From Eledone cirrhosa (lineage: Eukaryota), in NCBI GenBank assembly GCA_964016885.1, contig OZ024745.1:12772001-12836000 (forward strand): a stretch of 64,000 bases of DNA. Direction: 5' to 3'. The notes under the pieces are model-generated. The model worked only from the letters and a program-made list of their open reading frames with translations, did not search any database and was not told the origin of the DNA. Shown piece by piece: positions 25,120-38,128 of this stretch. The translations under genes and the position numbers were made by a program. The number at the start of each line of letters is the position of its first letter. Within the stretch, counting starts at the first letter, position 1.

Positions 25120-26655
25120 CGAGATCAGTGGTGCAGAAGCTTAGATCAGTGGTGCAGAAGCTGAGATCAAATGTGTGATGGCTGAGATCAGTGGTACAGA
25201 AACTGAGATCAAATATGTGATGGTTGAGATCAGTGGTATAGAAATTAAGATCAAATGTGTGATGGTTGAGATCAGTGGTACAGAAACTAAGATCAGATGT
25301 GTGATGGTTGAGATCAGTGGTACAGAAACTGAGATCAGATGTGTGATGGCTGAGATCAGTGGTACAGAAACTGAGATCAAATGTGTGATGGCTGAGATCA
25401 GTGGTACAGAAACTAAGATCAGATGTGTGATCGCTGAGATCAGTGGTGCAGAAACTGAGATCAAATGTGTGATGGCTGAGATCAGTGGTACAGAAACTAA
25501 GATCAGATGTGTGATGGCTGAGATCAGTGGTACAGAAACTAAGATCAGATGTGTGATGGTTGAGATCAGTGGTACAGAAACTGAGATCAGATGTGTGATG
25601 GCTGAGATCAGTGGTACAGAAACTGAGATCAGATGTGTGATGGCTGAGATCAGTGGTACAGAAACTGAGATCAGATGTGTGATGGCTGAGATCAGTGGTA
25701 CAGAAACTAAGATCAGATGTGTGATGGTTGAGATCAGTGGTACAAAAACTGAGATCAGATGTGTGATGGCTGAGATCAGTGGTACAGAAACTAAGATCAA
25801 ATGTGTGATGGTTGAGATCAGTGGTACAGAAACTGAGATCAGATGTGTGATGGCTGAGATCAGTGGTACAGAAACTGAGATCAAATGTGTGATGGCTGAG
25901 ATCAGTGGTACAGAAACTAAGATCAGATGTGTGATCGCTGAGATCAGTGGTGCAGAAACTGAGATCAAATGTGTGATGGCTGAGATCATTGGTACAGAAA
26001 CTAAGATCAGATGTGTGATCGCTGAGATCAGTGGTGCAGAAACTGAGATCAAATGTGTGATGGCTGAGATCAGTAGTACAGAAACTAAGATCAGATGTGT
26101 GATGGTTGAGATCAGTGGTACAAAAACTGAGATTAGATGTGTGATGGCTGAGATCAGTGGTACAGAAACTAAGATCAGATGTGTGATGGCTGAGATCAGT
26201 GGTACAAAAACTGAGATCAAATGTGTGATGGCTGAGATCAGTGGTACAAAAACTGAGATCAAATGTGTGATGGCTGAGATCAGTGGTACAAAAACTGAGA
26301 TCAAATGTGTGATGGCTGAGATCAGTGGTACAGAAACTGAGATCAAATGTGTGATGGCTGAGATCAGTGGTACAGAAACTAAGATCAAATGTGTGATGGT
26401 TGAGATCAGTGGTACAGAAACTGAGATCAAATGTGCGATGGCTGAGATCAGTGGTACAGAAACTGAGATCAAATGTGTGATGGCTGAGATCAGTGGTACA
26501 GAAACTGAGATCAAATGTGTGATCGCTGAGATCAGTGGTACAGAAACTGAGATCAAATGTGTGATCACTGAGATCAGTGGTACAGAAACTGAGATCAAAT
26601 GTGTGATGGTTGAGATCAGTGGTACAGAAGCTGAGATCAGATCTGTGATGGTTGA
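25120..26655. repeat. 42-bp minisatellite (2x21-bp subunits; GAGATCAGTGGTACAGAAACTGAGATCAAATGTGTGATGGCT), ~36 copies
   Basis: Direct tandem repetition giving stop-free frames on both strands. Confidence 0.95.
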
Positions 26656-26746
26656 AATAAGATATGTAGAGCCTAAAGAGGAATTACAAGGGCTGCAAAT
26701 TTACTAATAATTTATACTATTTCTATCAATAAATATTACCTTTCAG

Positions 26747-26899
26747 AAAATTCCGGTTTAAAGAAAGTGCGACTGCTTTCATTAAAACAAATTCATGAAG
26801 CGAAGAAAAAAATAAAGAACTATATTAGAGTGACACCTCTGGAATACTCTCCATTCTTGTCTAAAATGGCAGAAGGTTCTCATGTATATATAAAATGTG
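26747..26899 (+). CDS. PLP-dependent Ser/Thr dehydratase/racemase family gene, first detectable exon (…LKQIHEAKKKIKNYIRVTPLEYSPFLSKMAEGSHVYIKC)
   Basis: tttcag acceptor and GTAAGT donor, phase 1/1. Carries the TPL...VY.KCE motif. The start exon is not identified (weak candidate ATGGAGTCGTACG|GTGAGT at 23386-23398). Confidence 0.9.
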
Positions 26900-27897
26900 G
26901 TAAGTATTTTAGGAGTTGACCTGCTACTATATTTCTTAATCTAATTTAATTTTTATTGCTTCATGTATCAAGGAAAGAGTGGCACCATTTTATTCAAAAC
27001 AAATGTACCAGTTATTATACAAAAATTGTTTTTGGCAAATTTTATATATTAGGAGATGAGGGAGAGGGGTACCATAATCTTTTAAGTGCTAAGGGCCTCA
27101 AAAAAACATAACCCAGCCCTGGTAAACCCCTTTACTCCACACAATTGACAAGTAAATTGACCATTGATACAGAGAACTCTCACTTCATATTAACAATTTA
27201 CTAGCATTATCTTACTGCATACCTTGATTCCAAGCCTTAAACATTATCACCTGACCAGACCAATAAGAAAGAATCATTTGATGTCTGCTGTATTCCACCT
27301 AATCAAATAAATCCATTTATCTTTTTGTTGCCTGAAGGATCACACAGAAATAATAAAATGAATCAACAGTTTTTGAATGAATAGAGAGATATTGAAAGAA
27401 GTCTTATTTCAATAGGATCTTTGAAAATTTAAACTATTAAACTAATTATCAGTTATTGCTGTGTGTAATTCAGTTTTTAGAATAAATACACCACATCTCT
27501 GCTGTGTGGGGTAAGAGGCAACTAAAAGGGTTGGTGTCGTCTGGCTGTAAAACATTGTCTCAAAACATTCTGTCCAACCCATACCAACTTCTTGTCCTCC
27601 TCCTTCTTCTCCTTCTTTTTGGCTTTTCCTGTAAAATCAGTCCAGAAATATTCTAACCACATGTTCGTAGTACCAGAGCTGTGATCTTTCAATAAAAATA
27701 AAGTAGTGACTCTCTGATCTGCGAGTTACGTACTCTGTTGAGTAACATTACTCCAAATACCCTTCAAAGGAACCCCATTCCAGCCACTTGTATTCTTTCA
27801 GTCATTACAATTAACATTCAGTAATCAACATATTGTTTAAAACTTTCTTCAGTTGATCAAATCATATATAAATACTTGACTTTGATTTCTCTTTTAG

Positions 27898-28031
27898 AAA
27901 ATTTGCAGTGTACAGGGTCTTTCAAAGTACGCGGTGCCTTTAACAAACTATACTTGCCTAAAGAATCCATTCCAGATATTTACAGTAAAGGAGTTGTGAC
28001 AGCATCTACTGGTAATCATGCTTTGGCCTGT
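27898..28031 (+). CDS. Ser/Thr dehydratase family exon with PLP lysine ([16 protein letters not shown]...[13 protein letters not shown])
   Basis: ttttag acceptor and GTAAGT donor; SFKxRG and ASTGNH motifs; phase 1 in, phase 0 out. Confidence 0.95.
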
Positions 28032-28409
28032 GTAAGTAGTTTAAATATCAAAACTTGCTTTCTTAGTCACATTAGATCCAACAAGAACTGCATGTATTAT
28101 GATATATATTAACATGGAATCACACTAGATATATCTAGATTGAGAGAATTAAAAGCATATCTATCATCATCATCTTCATCGTTTTTACATCTGCTTCTCC
28201 ATGCTAGCATGGGTTGGACGGGTCCTTCTCAGCATGGCATCTCTCCACTTGTTTGTGACACAAGTGACTGTGTCTTACTTATAGAGAACAGTTTCTGGCT
28301 TGGTTTTTACAGCTGGATGTCCTTACTAACAACAACCACATTTACAGTGTGGGCTGAGTGCTTTTGGTTGGGACACCTACTCGACAGCTTTACAGTGTTT
28401 TACATTAAA

Positions 28410-28497
<88 letters not shown>

Positions 28498-28671
28498 GGA
28501 AGCAGAAAATTGCTTTTTGTGATCCAGTTCGGGGTTAAGAAACCCAGTTTCATGGATGGTTTCAACGTACGGTTAGAGGTAACTCCACAAGTTTGTAAGA
28601 ATTCTGTTCAATCTTGGAGTATAAAGTATAAAAGAGAAAACACAGGTAAGCATTAAGAGAAAGGTGCGGAC

Positions 28672-28848
28672 TGGGTGGACTGGGTGCTTTTCATCATGGC
28701 AGCAACACTACCACCTTACCGGGTGGACTGGGTGCTTTTCATCATGGCAGCAACACTACCACCTTACTGGGTGGAGTTGGTGCTTTTCATCATAGCACCA
28801 TTTCTACCACCTTACCGGGTGGACTGGGTACTTTTCATCATGGCACCA
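28672..28848. repeat. ~48-bp tandem repeat, 4 copies
   Basis: GGTGGACTGGGTGCTTTTCATCATGGCAGCAACACTACCACCTTACC is repeated. Confidence 0.85.
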
Positions 28849-29056
28849 TAGATGAAACAGGATTCCCAGAATGATGATGTAATTCTAAAGAAGGGGTATG
28901 TTTGGTAAAGGTGATGGAAGATGAGACAAGAATCATAAAAGCAGAAGAGGTGAGTATATTGTGTAAGTTTAGATGGAATTTCAGGTGTAAACGCATTAAG
29001 TTTTGTAGCGTAAAGGATGTTGAGATGGTGTATTATTTCTTGGTTATTTATTCAAG

Positions 29057-29171
29057 GCTTGAAATATTTGAAGAACTACCTGACGTTGATAATGTTTTTG
29101 TACCTGTCGGTGGAGGTGGCCTTATTGCTGGCATCGCTGCATATCTAAAGCAAGTAAACCCAGATATAAAA
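29057..29171 (+). CDS. Ser/Thr dehydratase family exon ([38 protein letters not shown])
   Basis: ttcaag acceptor and GTAAGG donor; glycine-rich phosphate-binding loop; phase 2 in, phase 0 out. Confidence 0.95.
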
Positions 29172-29664
29172 GTAAGGATATATCTTCTTCTTCTTTGCTC
29201 ACTTGTTCTTGGGAGGGTTATAGGGGCAAAATCTTAAATCAATCCTTCCAGTGGTTCCAGGCACATGTGGACAGATTTTACAAGCAAAACAAACCAGCAG
29301 GAGACCCAGAGGTAGACCCCGTTCAAGGTGGTTGGATAATATCAATAAGCTCAGCTGGTCTCACATGGGGATCCAGTCAGATCTATTGGAGGTGGTTGAA
29401 ATATAAATCTACTTGTAAAATGAAAAATTAATTTTCTCTACTCACCACAGGTTCTCATACCTCTAACACTAAAAAGGTCCCCCCACCCCTAGATTAGAAG
29501 CTTCCTCTTTAACCCATTTTTACAATCCAAGTCAGCATATTGGCAGAATATTAGAGTAGGAGCAATATTTCTACTTAAAACTATAAGTGACCAAACAAGA
29601 TACAAGATATCAAATACATTTGTTATCATGCTTGCTATTTACTATCTTCTATTTTGAAATGTAG

Positions 29665-29790
29665 GTGATTGGTTGTCAGCCACGGTCTTCTAAAGTGACG
29701 TATGAGAGTATCAAGGCTGGAACTATAATATTTGAAGAAAGTCAGGAAACACTCTCAGATGCCACCTCTGGTGGAATTGAAGAAAACTCA
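29665..29790 (+). CDS. Ser/Thr dehydratase family exon (VIGCQPRSSKVTYESIKAG...TLSDATSGGIEENS)
   Basis: tag acceptor and GTATGT donor; 126 nt, phase 0/0. Confidence 0.92.
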
Positions 29791-31105
29791 GTATGTACAG
29801 TTTATACTCCATTTTTACTATTATAACTCTACTACTGTGCTGCTAATGTTTGATTTGAACACTTTTTAGTGATGTAGCAGTTATATGGAGCTGCTAATAT
29901 ATAGAGTTACCATCATCATCATCACAATTTGACGTTCATTTTCCACGCTAGATGGGTTAGACAAGTTATCTTATTTGAGGCAAGTTGAGGTCAGATTACC
30001 ATTTCTTGCTCAAACAGAACCGATTTTTGCTTGGTTTCTATGGTTGGATGCCCTTCCTAATGCCAACCACCTTTACAGTGAGTACCGGGTGCTTTTTGTT
30101 GTGGCACCTACATGACCACATGTATAAAGAGTAATATAGAGAGAGAGAGCTGCTAATATATATAGAGTAATATAGAGAGCTGCTAATATATATATAGAGT
30201 AATATATAGAGAGCTGCTAATATATATAGAGAGCTGCTAATATATATAGAGGTATATATACAGAGGTATATATAGAGAGCTGCTAATATATATAGAGGTA
30301 TATATAGAGAGAGCTGCTAATATATATAGAGTAATATAGAGAGGAATATATAGAGTTATGTATGGAGAGTTATATACAGAGCTGCTTAGCAGAAAGTTTA
30401 AAAAAACAAAAAAGAAATGCATGTTTGTTGATTCAAATGTTTATAGTGTGTTTACATTTTGAAAACGTGCAGTGTCAGAGTAAAGACTTTAATGTTTAAT
30501 GTGGTTCAGACATCGTGTTATTTCCTACTTTACAAGAATAGTTTACCAATTGTATTCTACATGTATACTGAAATCAATATTATCGCTAAAATTAATGTTT
30601 AATAGTCAAATAACTTTTCGTTCAAAATTCAAGGGAGATAACTTTGATCAAGGGAGGCAATTCTTTAAAATATCAATTATCAATATTCACTCTTCTTGAA
30701 TTGACCATATTTCTTAAGGAGAACTGGCTTGAGTAGTAGATTTCTTCAAATCAAGGATATTACTAATTCACCAACATGAAGGGCTGATGGGTAGATAGCC
30801 TTTCACGGTTATACCAGAATTACTAGTACAAAGTATTCATGGTGACTCAGTATTATAATAATTCCTTCTAACTTTAGCATAAGGACAGCAATTTGGGAGA
30901 ATGGGAAAGATGATTATACTGACCGCAGTACATAACTGGTACTTTATTTTATTGACCCCGGAAGAATGAAAGGCATAGTTGACTGTGGCAGGATTTGAAC
31001 TGAGATACTAAAGAGCCAGAACCAACATTGATATGCTTCTGTCCAAGCCTCTCACAACTCCATCGCATTACTCCTTGATTTCTAACTTAAGCGGAAATCC
31101 GTAAA

Positions 31106-32237
31106 TATGAGGTCTGTCGATAAAGTATCCAACTTTACTGTGGGAAGTAATGACGTTAGGGATAGAAAATAGTGCAGACTGAAGTCACATACATTCATGT
31201 GCCTGTGTAGTTTGGGGCAAGTTCTCTGGATGTGGCAGTCACTGTCAGACAGCCAGTGTGTGGAGTACTGTTCTATGTATATACACGTTACATTTTCATT
31301 TCACCTTATACTGCCCAAAAGGATTCTGAGATCCTGGATACCATGGCAACTAGAGTTGAGGTGTATGGTAGGAGCCATAAACTGAAGCTCAAGTATTACA
31401 GTGGAAACATCCAACATTGCAAAGTTCAGGTGGAAACATCCATTGCCAAGGCCAGGAAGAAACATACAACACTGCCAAGGTCAGGTGGAAACATCCAACA
31501 TTGCCAAGGTCAGGTGGAAACATCCATTGCCAAGTTCAGGTGGAAACATCCATTGCCAAGGCCAGGAAGAAACATACAACACTGCCAAGGTCAGGTGGAA
31601 ACATCCAACATTGCCAAGGTCAGGTGGAAACATCCAACATTGTCAAGGTCAGGTGGAAATATCCAACATTGCCAAGGTCAGGTGGAAACATCCATTGCCA
31701 AGTTCAAATGGAAACATCCAACATTGCCAAGGTCAGGTGGAAACATCCAACATTGCCAAGGTCAGGTGGAAATATCCAACATTGCCAAGGTCAGGTGGAA
31801 ACATCCAACATTGCCAAGGTCAGGTGGAAACATCCAACATTGCCAAGGTCAGGTGGAAACATCCAACATTGCCAAGGTCAGGTGGAAACATCCAACATTG
31901 CCAAGGTCAGGTGGAAACATCCAACATTGCCAAGGTCAGGTGGAAACATCCATTGCCAAGGTCAGGTGGAAATATCCAACACTGCCAAGGCCAGGCACAG
32001 CAAGTACAGAGCAAAATCAACATGATGCTGTCTTCTTCAATTACTGAGACTTTGTACATCCTGAATATTCACCATAAAAACAATTAGAAAGGATTAGTGA
32101 CGCCAGATGTGTGAACCTGGCAACTACACCATGACATCAACCCATACATCGCAACTGATCCAAAGAAAGACATTTTAATCACTTACCAGACACCCTACTC
32201 TCCAGACATGGCTTCAACTGACTTACTTGAGGACTAA
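31106..32237 (+). mobile_element. Degenerate mariner transposon with internal minisatellite expansion
   Basis: TATGAGGTCTGTCGATAAAGTATCC TIR-like start. Relic motifs ..VYG..ETEAQ.LQWKHP..PR..AQQVQSK..M..VFFNY, WQLHHD and PYSPDMA. Confidence 0.8.
31400..31992. repeat. 29-bp minisatellite (AGGTGGAAACATCCAACATTGCCAAGGTC) with 26-bp variants
   Basis: Tandem units, stop-free in all three + frames. Confidence 0.95.
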
Positions 32238-32370
32238 CAAGATATAATAATTGTTTCTACTTTAGGCACAAGGCCAGCAATTACCCAGTACATTACTGGT
32301 ACTTTATTTTATCGACCTCGTAAGGATGAAAGGCAAAAAAACAATTAATGAAAGTAAATTAGCTGTGAAA

Positions 32371-35300
32371 TGCCTCCATACACTTAGCCCAATAATCCTT
32401 TATCAAGTTACGCCCCTTGTGCCTCCATACATTTAGCCGAGTGATCCTTCATCTAGTTACGCCCCTTGTACCTCCATACACTTAGCCCAATAAGCCTTCT
32501 TCAAGTTACGCCCCTTGTGCCTCCATACACGTAGCCCAGTGATCCTTCAGGAAGTTACCCCCTTGTGCCGCCATACACTTAGCCCAGTGATCCTTCTTCA
32601 AGTTACGCCCATTGTGCCTCCATACACTTAGCCCAGTGATCCGTCTTCAAATTACGCCCCTTTTGCCTCCATACACTTATCCCAGTGATCCTTCATCAAG
32701 TTACGCCCCTTGTGCATCCATACACTTAGCCCAGTGATCCTTCTTCAAGTTACGCCCCTTGTGCCTCCATACACTTAGCCCAGTGACCCTTTATCAAGTT
32801 ACGCCCCTTGTGCTCCATACACTTAGCCCAGTGATCCTTCTTCAAGTTACACCCCTTGTGCCTCCATACACTTATCCCAGTGATCCTTCATCAAGTTACG
32901 CCCCTTGTGCTTCCATACACTTAGCCCAGTGATCCTTCTTCAAGTTACGCCCCTTTTCCCTCCATACACTTAGCCCAATAATTCTTCTTCAAGTTACGCA
33001 CTTTGTGCCTCCATACACTTAGCCGAGTGATCCTTCTTCAAGTTACGCCCCTTGTGCCTCCATACACTTAGCCCAGTGATCCTTCTTTAAGTTACGCCCC
33101 TTCTGCCTCCATACACTTAGCCCAGTGATCCTTCTTCAAGTTACGCCCCTTGTGCATCCATACACTTAGCCCAGTGATCCTTCTTTAAGTTACGCCACTT
33201 CTGCCTCCATACACTTAGCCCAGTGATCCTTCTTCAAGTTACGCCCCTTATGCCTCCATACACTTAGCCCAGTGATCATTCATCAAGTTACGCCCCTTGT
33301 GCCTCCATACACTTAGCCCAATAATCCTTCTTCAAGTTACGAACCTTGTGCCTCAATACACTTAGCCCAGTGATCCTTCATCAAGTTACGCCCAGTGTGC
33401 CTCCATGCACTTAGCCCAGTGATCCTTCTTCAAGTTACGCCCCTTCTGCCTCCATACACTTAGCCCAGTGATCCTTCATCAAGTTACGCCCAGTGTGCCT
33501 CCATGCACTTAGCCCAGTGATCCTTCTTCAAGTTACGCCCCTTGTGCCTCCATACACTTAGCCCAGTGATCCTTCTTCAAGTTACGCCCCTTGTGCCTCC
33601 ATACACTTAGCCCAGTGATCCTTCTTCAAGTTACGCCCCTTGTGCCTCCATACACTTAGCCCAGTGATCCTTCATCAAGTTACGCCCCTTGTGCCTCCAC
33701 ATACACTTATTCCAGTGATCCTTCTTTAAGTTACGCCCCTTCTGCCTCCATACACTTAGCCCAGTGATTCTTCTTCAAGTTACGCCCCTTGTGCCTCCAT
33801 ACACTTAGCCCAGTGATCCTTCTTCAAGTTACGCCCCTTGTGCCTCCATACACTTCGCCTAGTGATCCTTCATCAAGTTACGCCCCTTGTGCCTCCATAC
33901 ACTAAGCCCAATAATCCTTCTTCAAGTTACGCCCCTTGTGCCTCCATACAATTAGCCCAGTGATCCTTCTTCAAGTTACGCCCCTTGTGCCTCCATACAC
34001 TTAGCCCAATAATCCTTCTTCAAGTTACGCCCCTTGTGCCTCCATACACTTAGCCCAATGATCCTTCATCAAGTTACGCCCCTTGTGCCTCCATACACTT
34101 AGCCCAATAATCCTTCATCAAGTTACGCCCCTTGTGCCTCCATACACTTAGCCCAGTGATCCTTTATCAAGTTACGCCCCTTGTGCCTCCATCCATTTAG
34201 CACAGTGATCCTTCATAAAGTTACGCCCATTGTGCCTCCATACACTTAGCCCAGTGATCCTTCTTCAAGTTACGCCCCTTGTGCCTCCATACACTTAGCC
34301 CAGTGATCCATCTTCAAGTTACGCGCCTTGTGCCTCCATACACTTAGCCCAATAATCCTTCTTCAAGTTAGGCTCGTTGTGCCTTCATACACTTAGCCCA
34401 ATAATCCTTTTTCAAGTTACGCCCCTTGTGCCTCCATACATTTAGCCCAGTGATCCTGCTTCAAGTTACGCCCCTTGTGCCTCCATAGACTTAGCCCAGT
34501 GATCCTTCTTCAAGTTACGCCCCTTGTGCTCCATACACTTAGCCCAGTGATCCTTCTTCAAGTTACGCCCCTTGTGCTTTCATACACTTAGCCCAATAAT
34601 CCTTCTTCAAGTTAGGCTCGTTGTGCCTTCATACACTTAGCCCAATAATCCTTTTTCAAGTTACGCCCCTTGTGCCTCCATACATTTAGCCCAGTGATCC
34701 TGCTTCAAGTTACGCCCCTTGTGCCTCCATACACTTAGCCCAGTGATCCTGCTTCGAGTTACGCCCCTTGTGCCTCCATACACTTAGCCCAGTGATCCTT
34801 CATCAAGTTACGCCCCTTGTGCCTCCATACACTTAGCCCAGTGATCCTTCATCAAGTTACGCCCCTTGTGCCTCCATACACTGAGGCACAAAAGTCGTAA
34901 CTTGAAGAAGGATCACTGGGCTAGGTGTATGGAGGTACAAGGGGCGTAACTTGAAAAAGGATCACTGGGCTAAGTGTATGGAGGCACAAGGGGCGTAACA
35001 TGATGAAGGATCACTGGGCTAAGTGTATGGAGGCACAAGGGGCGTAACATGAAGAAAGATCACTGGGCCAAGTGTATGGAGGCACATGGTGCGTAACTTG
35101 ATGAAGGATCACTGGGCTAAGTGTATGGAGGCACAAGGGGCGTAACTTGATGAAGGATCACTGGGCTAAGTGTATGGGGGCACAAGGGGCGTAACTTGAA
35201 GAAGGATCACTGGGATAAGTGTATGGAGGCACAAGGGGCGTAACTTGATGAAGGATCACTCGGCTAAGTGTATGGAAGCACAAGGGGCGTAACTTGAAGA

Positions 35301-37770
35301 AGGATCACTGGGCTAAGTGTATGGAGGCACAAGGTGCGTAACTTGAAGAAGAATTATTGGGCTAAGTGTATGGAGGCAAAAGGGGCGTAACTTGATAAAG
35401 GATCACTGGGCTAAGTGTATGGAGGCACAAGGTTCGTAACTTGAAGAAGAATTATTGGGCTAAGTGTATGGAGGCACAAAGGGCGTAACTTGAAGAAGGA
35501 TTATTGGGCTAAGTGTATGGAAGCACAAGGGGCGTAACTTGATGAAGGATCACTGGGATAAGTGTATGGAGGCACAAGGGGCGTAACTTGAAGAAGGATC
35601 ACTGGGCTAAATGTATGGAGGCACAAGGGGCGTAACTTGATAAAGGGTTATTGGGCTAAGTGTATGGAGGCACACTGGGCGTAACTTGATGAAGGATCAC
35701 TGGGCTAAGTGTATGGAGGCACAAGGGGCGTAACTTGAAGAAGGATCACTGGGCTAATTGTATGGAGGCACAAGGGGCGTAACTTGATAAAGGGTTATTG
35801 TACTAAGTGTATGGAGGCACAAGGGGCGTAACTTGATGAAGGATCACTGGGCTAAGTGTATGGAGGCACAAGGGTCGTAACTTGAAGAAGGATCACTGGG
35901 CTGATTGTATGGAGGCACAAGGGGCGTAACTTGATAAAGGGTTATTGTACTAAGTGTATGGAGGCACAAGGGGCGTAACTTGAAGGATCACTGGGCTAAG
36001 TGTATGGAGGCACAAGGGGCGTAACTTGAAGAAGGATCACTGGGCTAAGTGTATGGAGGCACAAGGGGCGTAACTTGATTAAGGGTAATTGGGCTAAGTG
36101 TATGGAGGCACAAAGGGCGTAACTTGATAAAGGGTTATTGGGCTAAGTGTATGGAGGCACAAGGAGCTTAACTTGAAAAGGATCACTGGGCTAAGTGTAT
36201 GGAGGCACAAGGGGCGTAACTTGAAGAAGGATCACTGGGCTATGTGCATGGAGGCACAAGGGGCGTAACTTGAAGAAGGATCACTGGGCTAAGTGTATGG
36301 AGGCACACTGGGCGTAACTTGATGAAGGATCACTGGGCTAAGTGTATGGACCCACAAGGGGCTTAACTTGAAGAAGGATCACTGGGCTAAGTGTATGGAG
36401 GCACAAGGGCCGTAACTTGAAGAAGGATCACTGGGCTAAGTGTATGGAGCACAAGGGGCGTAACTTGAAGAAGGATCACTGGGCTAAGTGTATGGAGGCA
36501 CAAGGGGCGTAACTTGAAGAAGGATTATTGGGCTAAGTGTATGGCCGTACAAGGGGCGTAACTTGAAGAAGGATCACTGGGCTAAATGTATGGAGGCACA
36601 AGGGGCGTAACTTGAAGAAGGATCACTGGGCTAAGTGTATGGAGGCACAAGGGGCGTAACTTGATAAAGGATTATTGTGCTGAGTGTATAGAGGCACAAG
36701 GGGCGTAACTTGAATAAGGATTATTGGGCTGAGTGTATGGAGCCAAACGGGGCGTAACTTGAAGAAGGATCACTGGGCTAAGTGTATGGAGGCACAAGGG
36801 GCGTAACTTGATTAAGGATTATTGGGCTAAGTGTATGGAGGCACAAGGGGCGTAACTTGAAGAAGGATCACTGGGCTAAGTGTATGGAGGCACAAGTGGC
36901 GTAACTTGAAGAAGGATTATTGGGCTAGGTGTATGGAGGCAAAAGGGGCGTAACTTGATGAAGGAGCACTGGGCTAAGTGTATGGAGGCACAAGGGGTGT
37001 AACTTGATGAAGGATCACTATGCTAAGTGTATGGAGGCAGAAGGGGCGTAACTTGAAGAAGGATTATTGGGCTAAGTGTATGGAGGCACAAGGGGCGTAA
37101 CCTGATGAAGTATCACTGGGCTAAGTGTATGGAGGCACAAGGGGCGTAACTTGAAGAAGGATTATTGGGCTAAGCGTATGGAGGCACAAGGGGCGTAACT
37201 TGAAGAATGATTATTGGGCTAAGTGTATGGAGGCACAAGGGGCGTAACTTGAAGAAGGATCACTGGGCTAAGTGTATGGAGGGACAAGGGGCGTAACTTG
37301 ATGAAGGATCACTGGGCTAAGTGTATGGAGGCACAAGGGGCGTAACTTGAAGAAGGATCACTGGGCTAAGTGTATGGAGGCACAAGGGGCGTAACTTGAA
37401 GAAGGATCACTAGGCTAAGTGTATGGAGGCACAAGGGGCGTAACTTGAAGAAGGATCACTGGGCTAAGTGTATGGAGGCACAAGAGTCGTAACTTGAAGA
37501 AGGATCACTGGGCTAAGTGTATGGAGGCACAAGGGGCGTAACTTGAAGGAATACTGGGCTAAGTGTATGGAGGCACAAGGGGCGTAACTTGAAGAAGGAT
37601 CACTGGGCTAAGTGTATGGAGGCACAAGGGGCGTAACTTGATGAAGGATCACTGGGCTAAGTGTATGGAGGCACAAGGGGCGTAACTTGAAGAAGGATCA
37701 CTGGGCTAAGTTTATGGAGGCACAAGGGCGTAACTTGAAGAATGATTATTGGGCTAAGTGTATGGAGGCA
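32371..37770. repeat. 5.4-kb palindromic array of a 49-bp unit (GCCTCCATACACTTAGCCCAGTGATCCTTCTTCAAGTTACGCCCCTTGT)
   Basis: About 51 units in one orientation (32371-34882), then about 59 units reversed (34883-37770). The junction is TGTGCCTC-catacact-GAGGCACA. Confidence 0.97.
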
Positions 37771-38128
37771 ATTACTCCGGGCCCCTGCAGTGGGGATCCC
37801 ACCAGTGACACCCTTAGCAATTTATTTGTGACCTCAGCTGGAATTTTTAGTTTTAGAATGGTTAAAATGTTTTAATTTGCTACCTGTATATATAACTTTT
37901 TAATTCCAGTTACTTGAGGCAAGCTAACCTTGATATGTAAAATTTGAGGGGTTTGCTGTGTATTCTAGGTTTTTGTGTAAGAGAGCCCGAAAAACCTGAA
38001 GTGCCCCGGGGCCCCACCAAGGTCTAAATCCAACCTCCATAGTAAATTTTCATAGAAACCTTTTATTAGTTATACTTTGATTAAGAAGAACTTCTAAGAT
38101 GTAAACATTATGATATTCCTTTTCCTAG

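Noticed and set aside
31280-31370. YIFISPY...RVEVYG as the displaced missing dehydratase exon
   Set aside because: Better explained as the mariner D.FL..I.TGDE.WVYG region, colinear with downstream mariner motifs; no GQGT.
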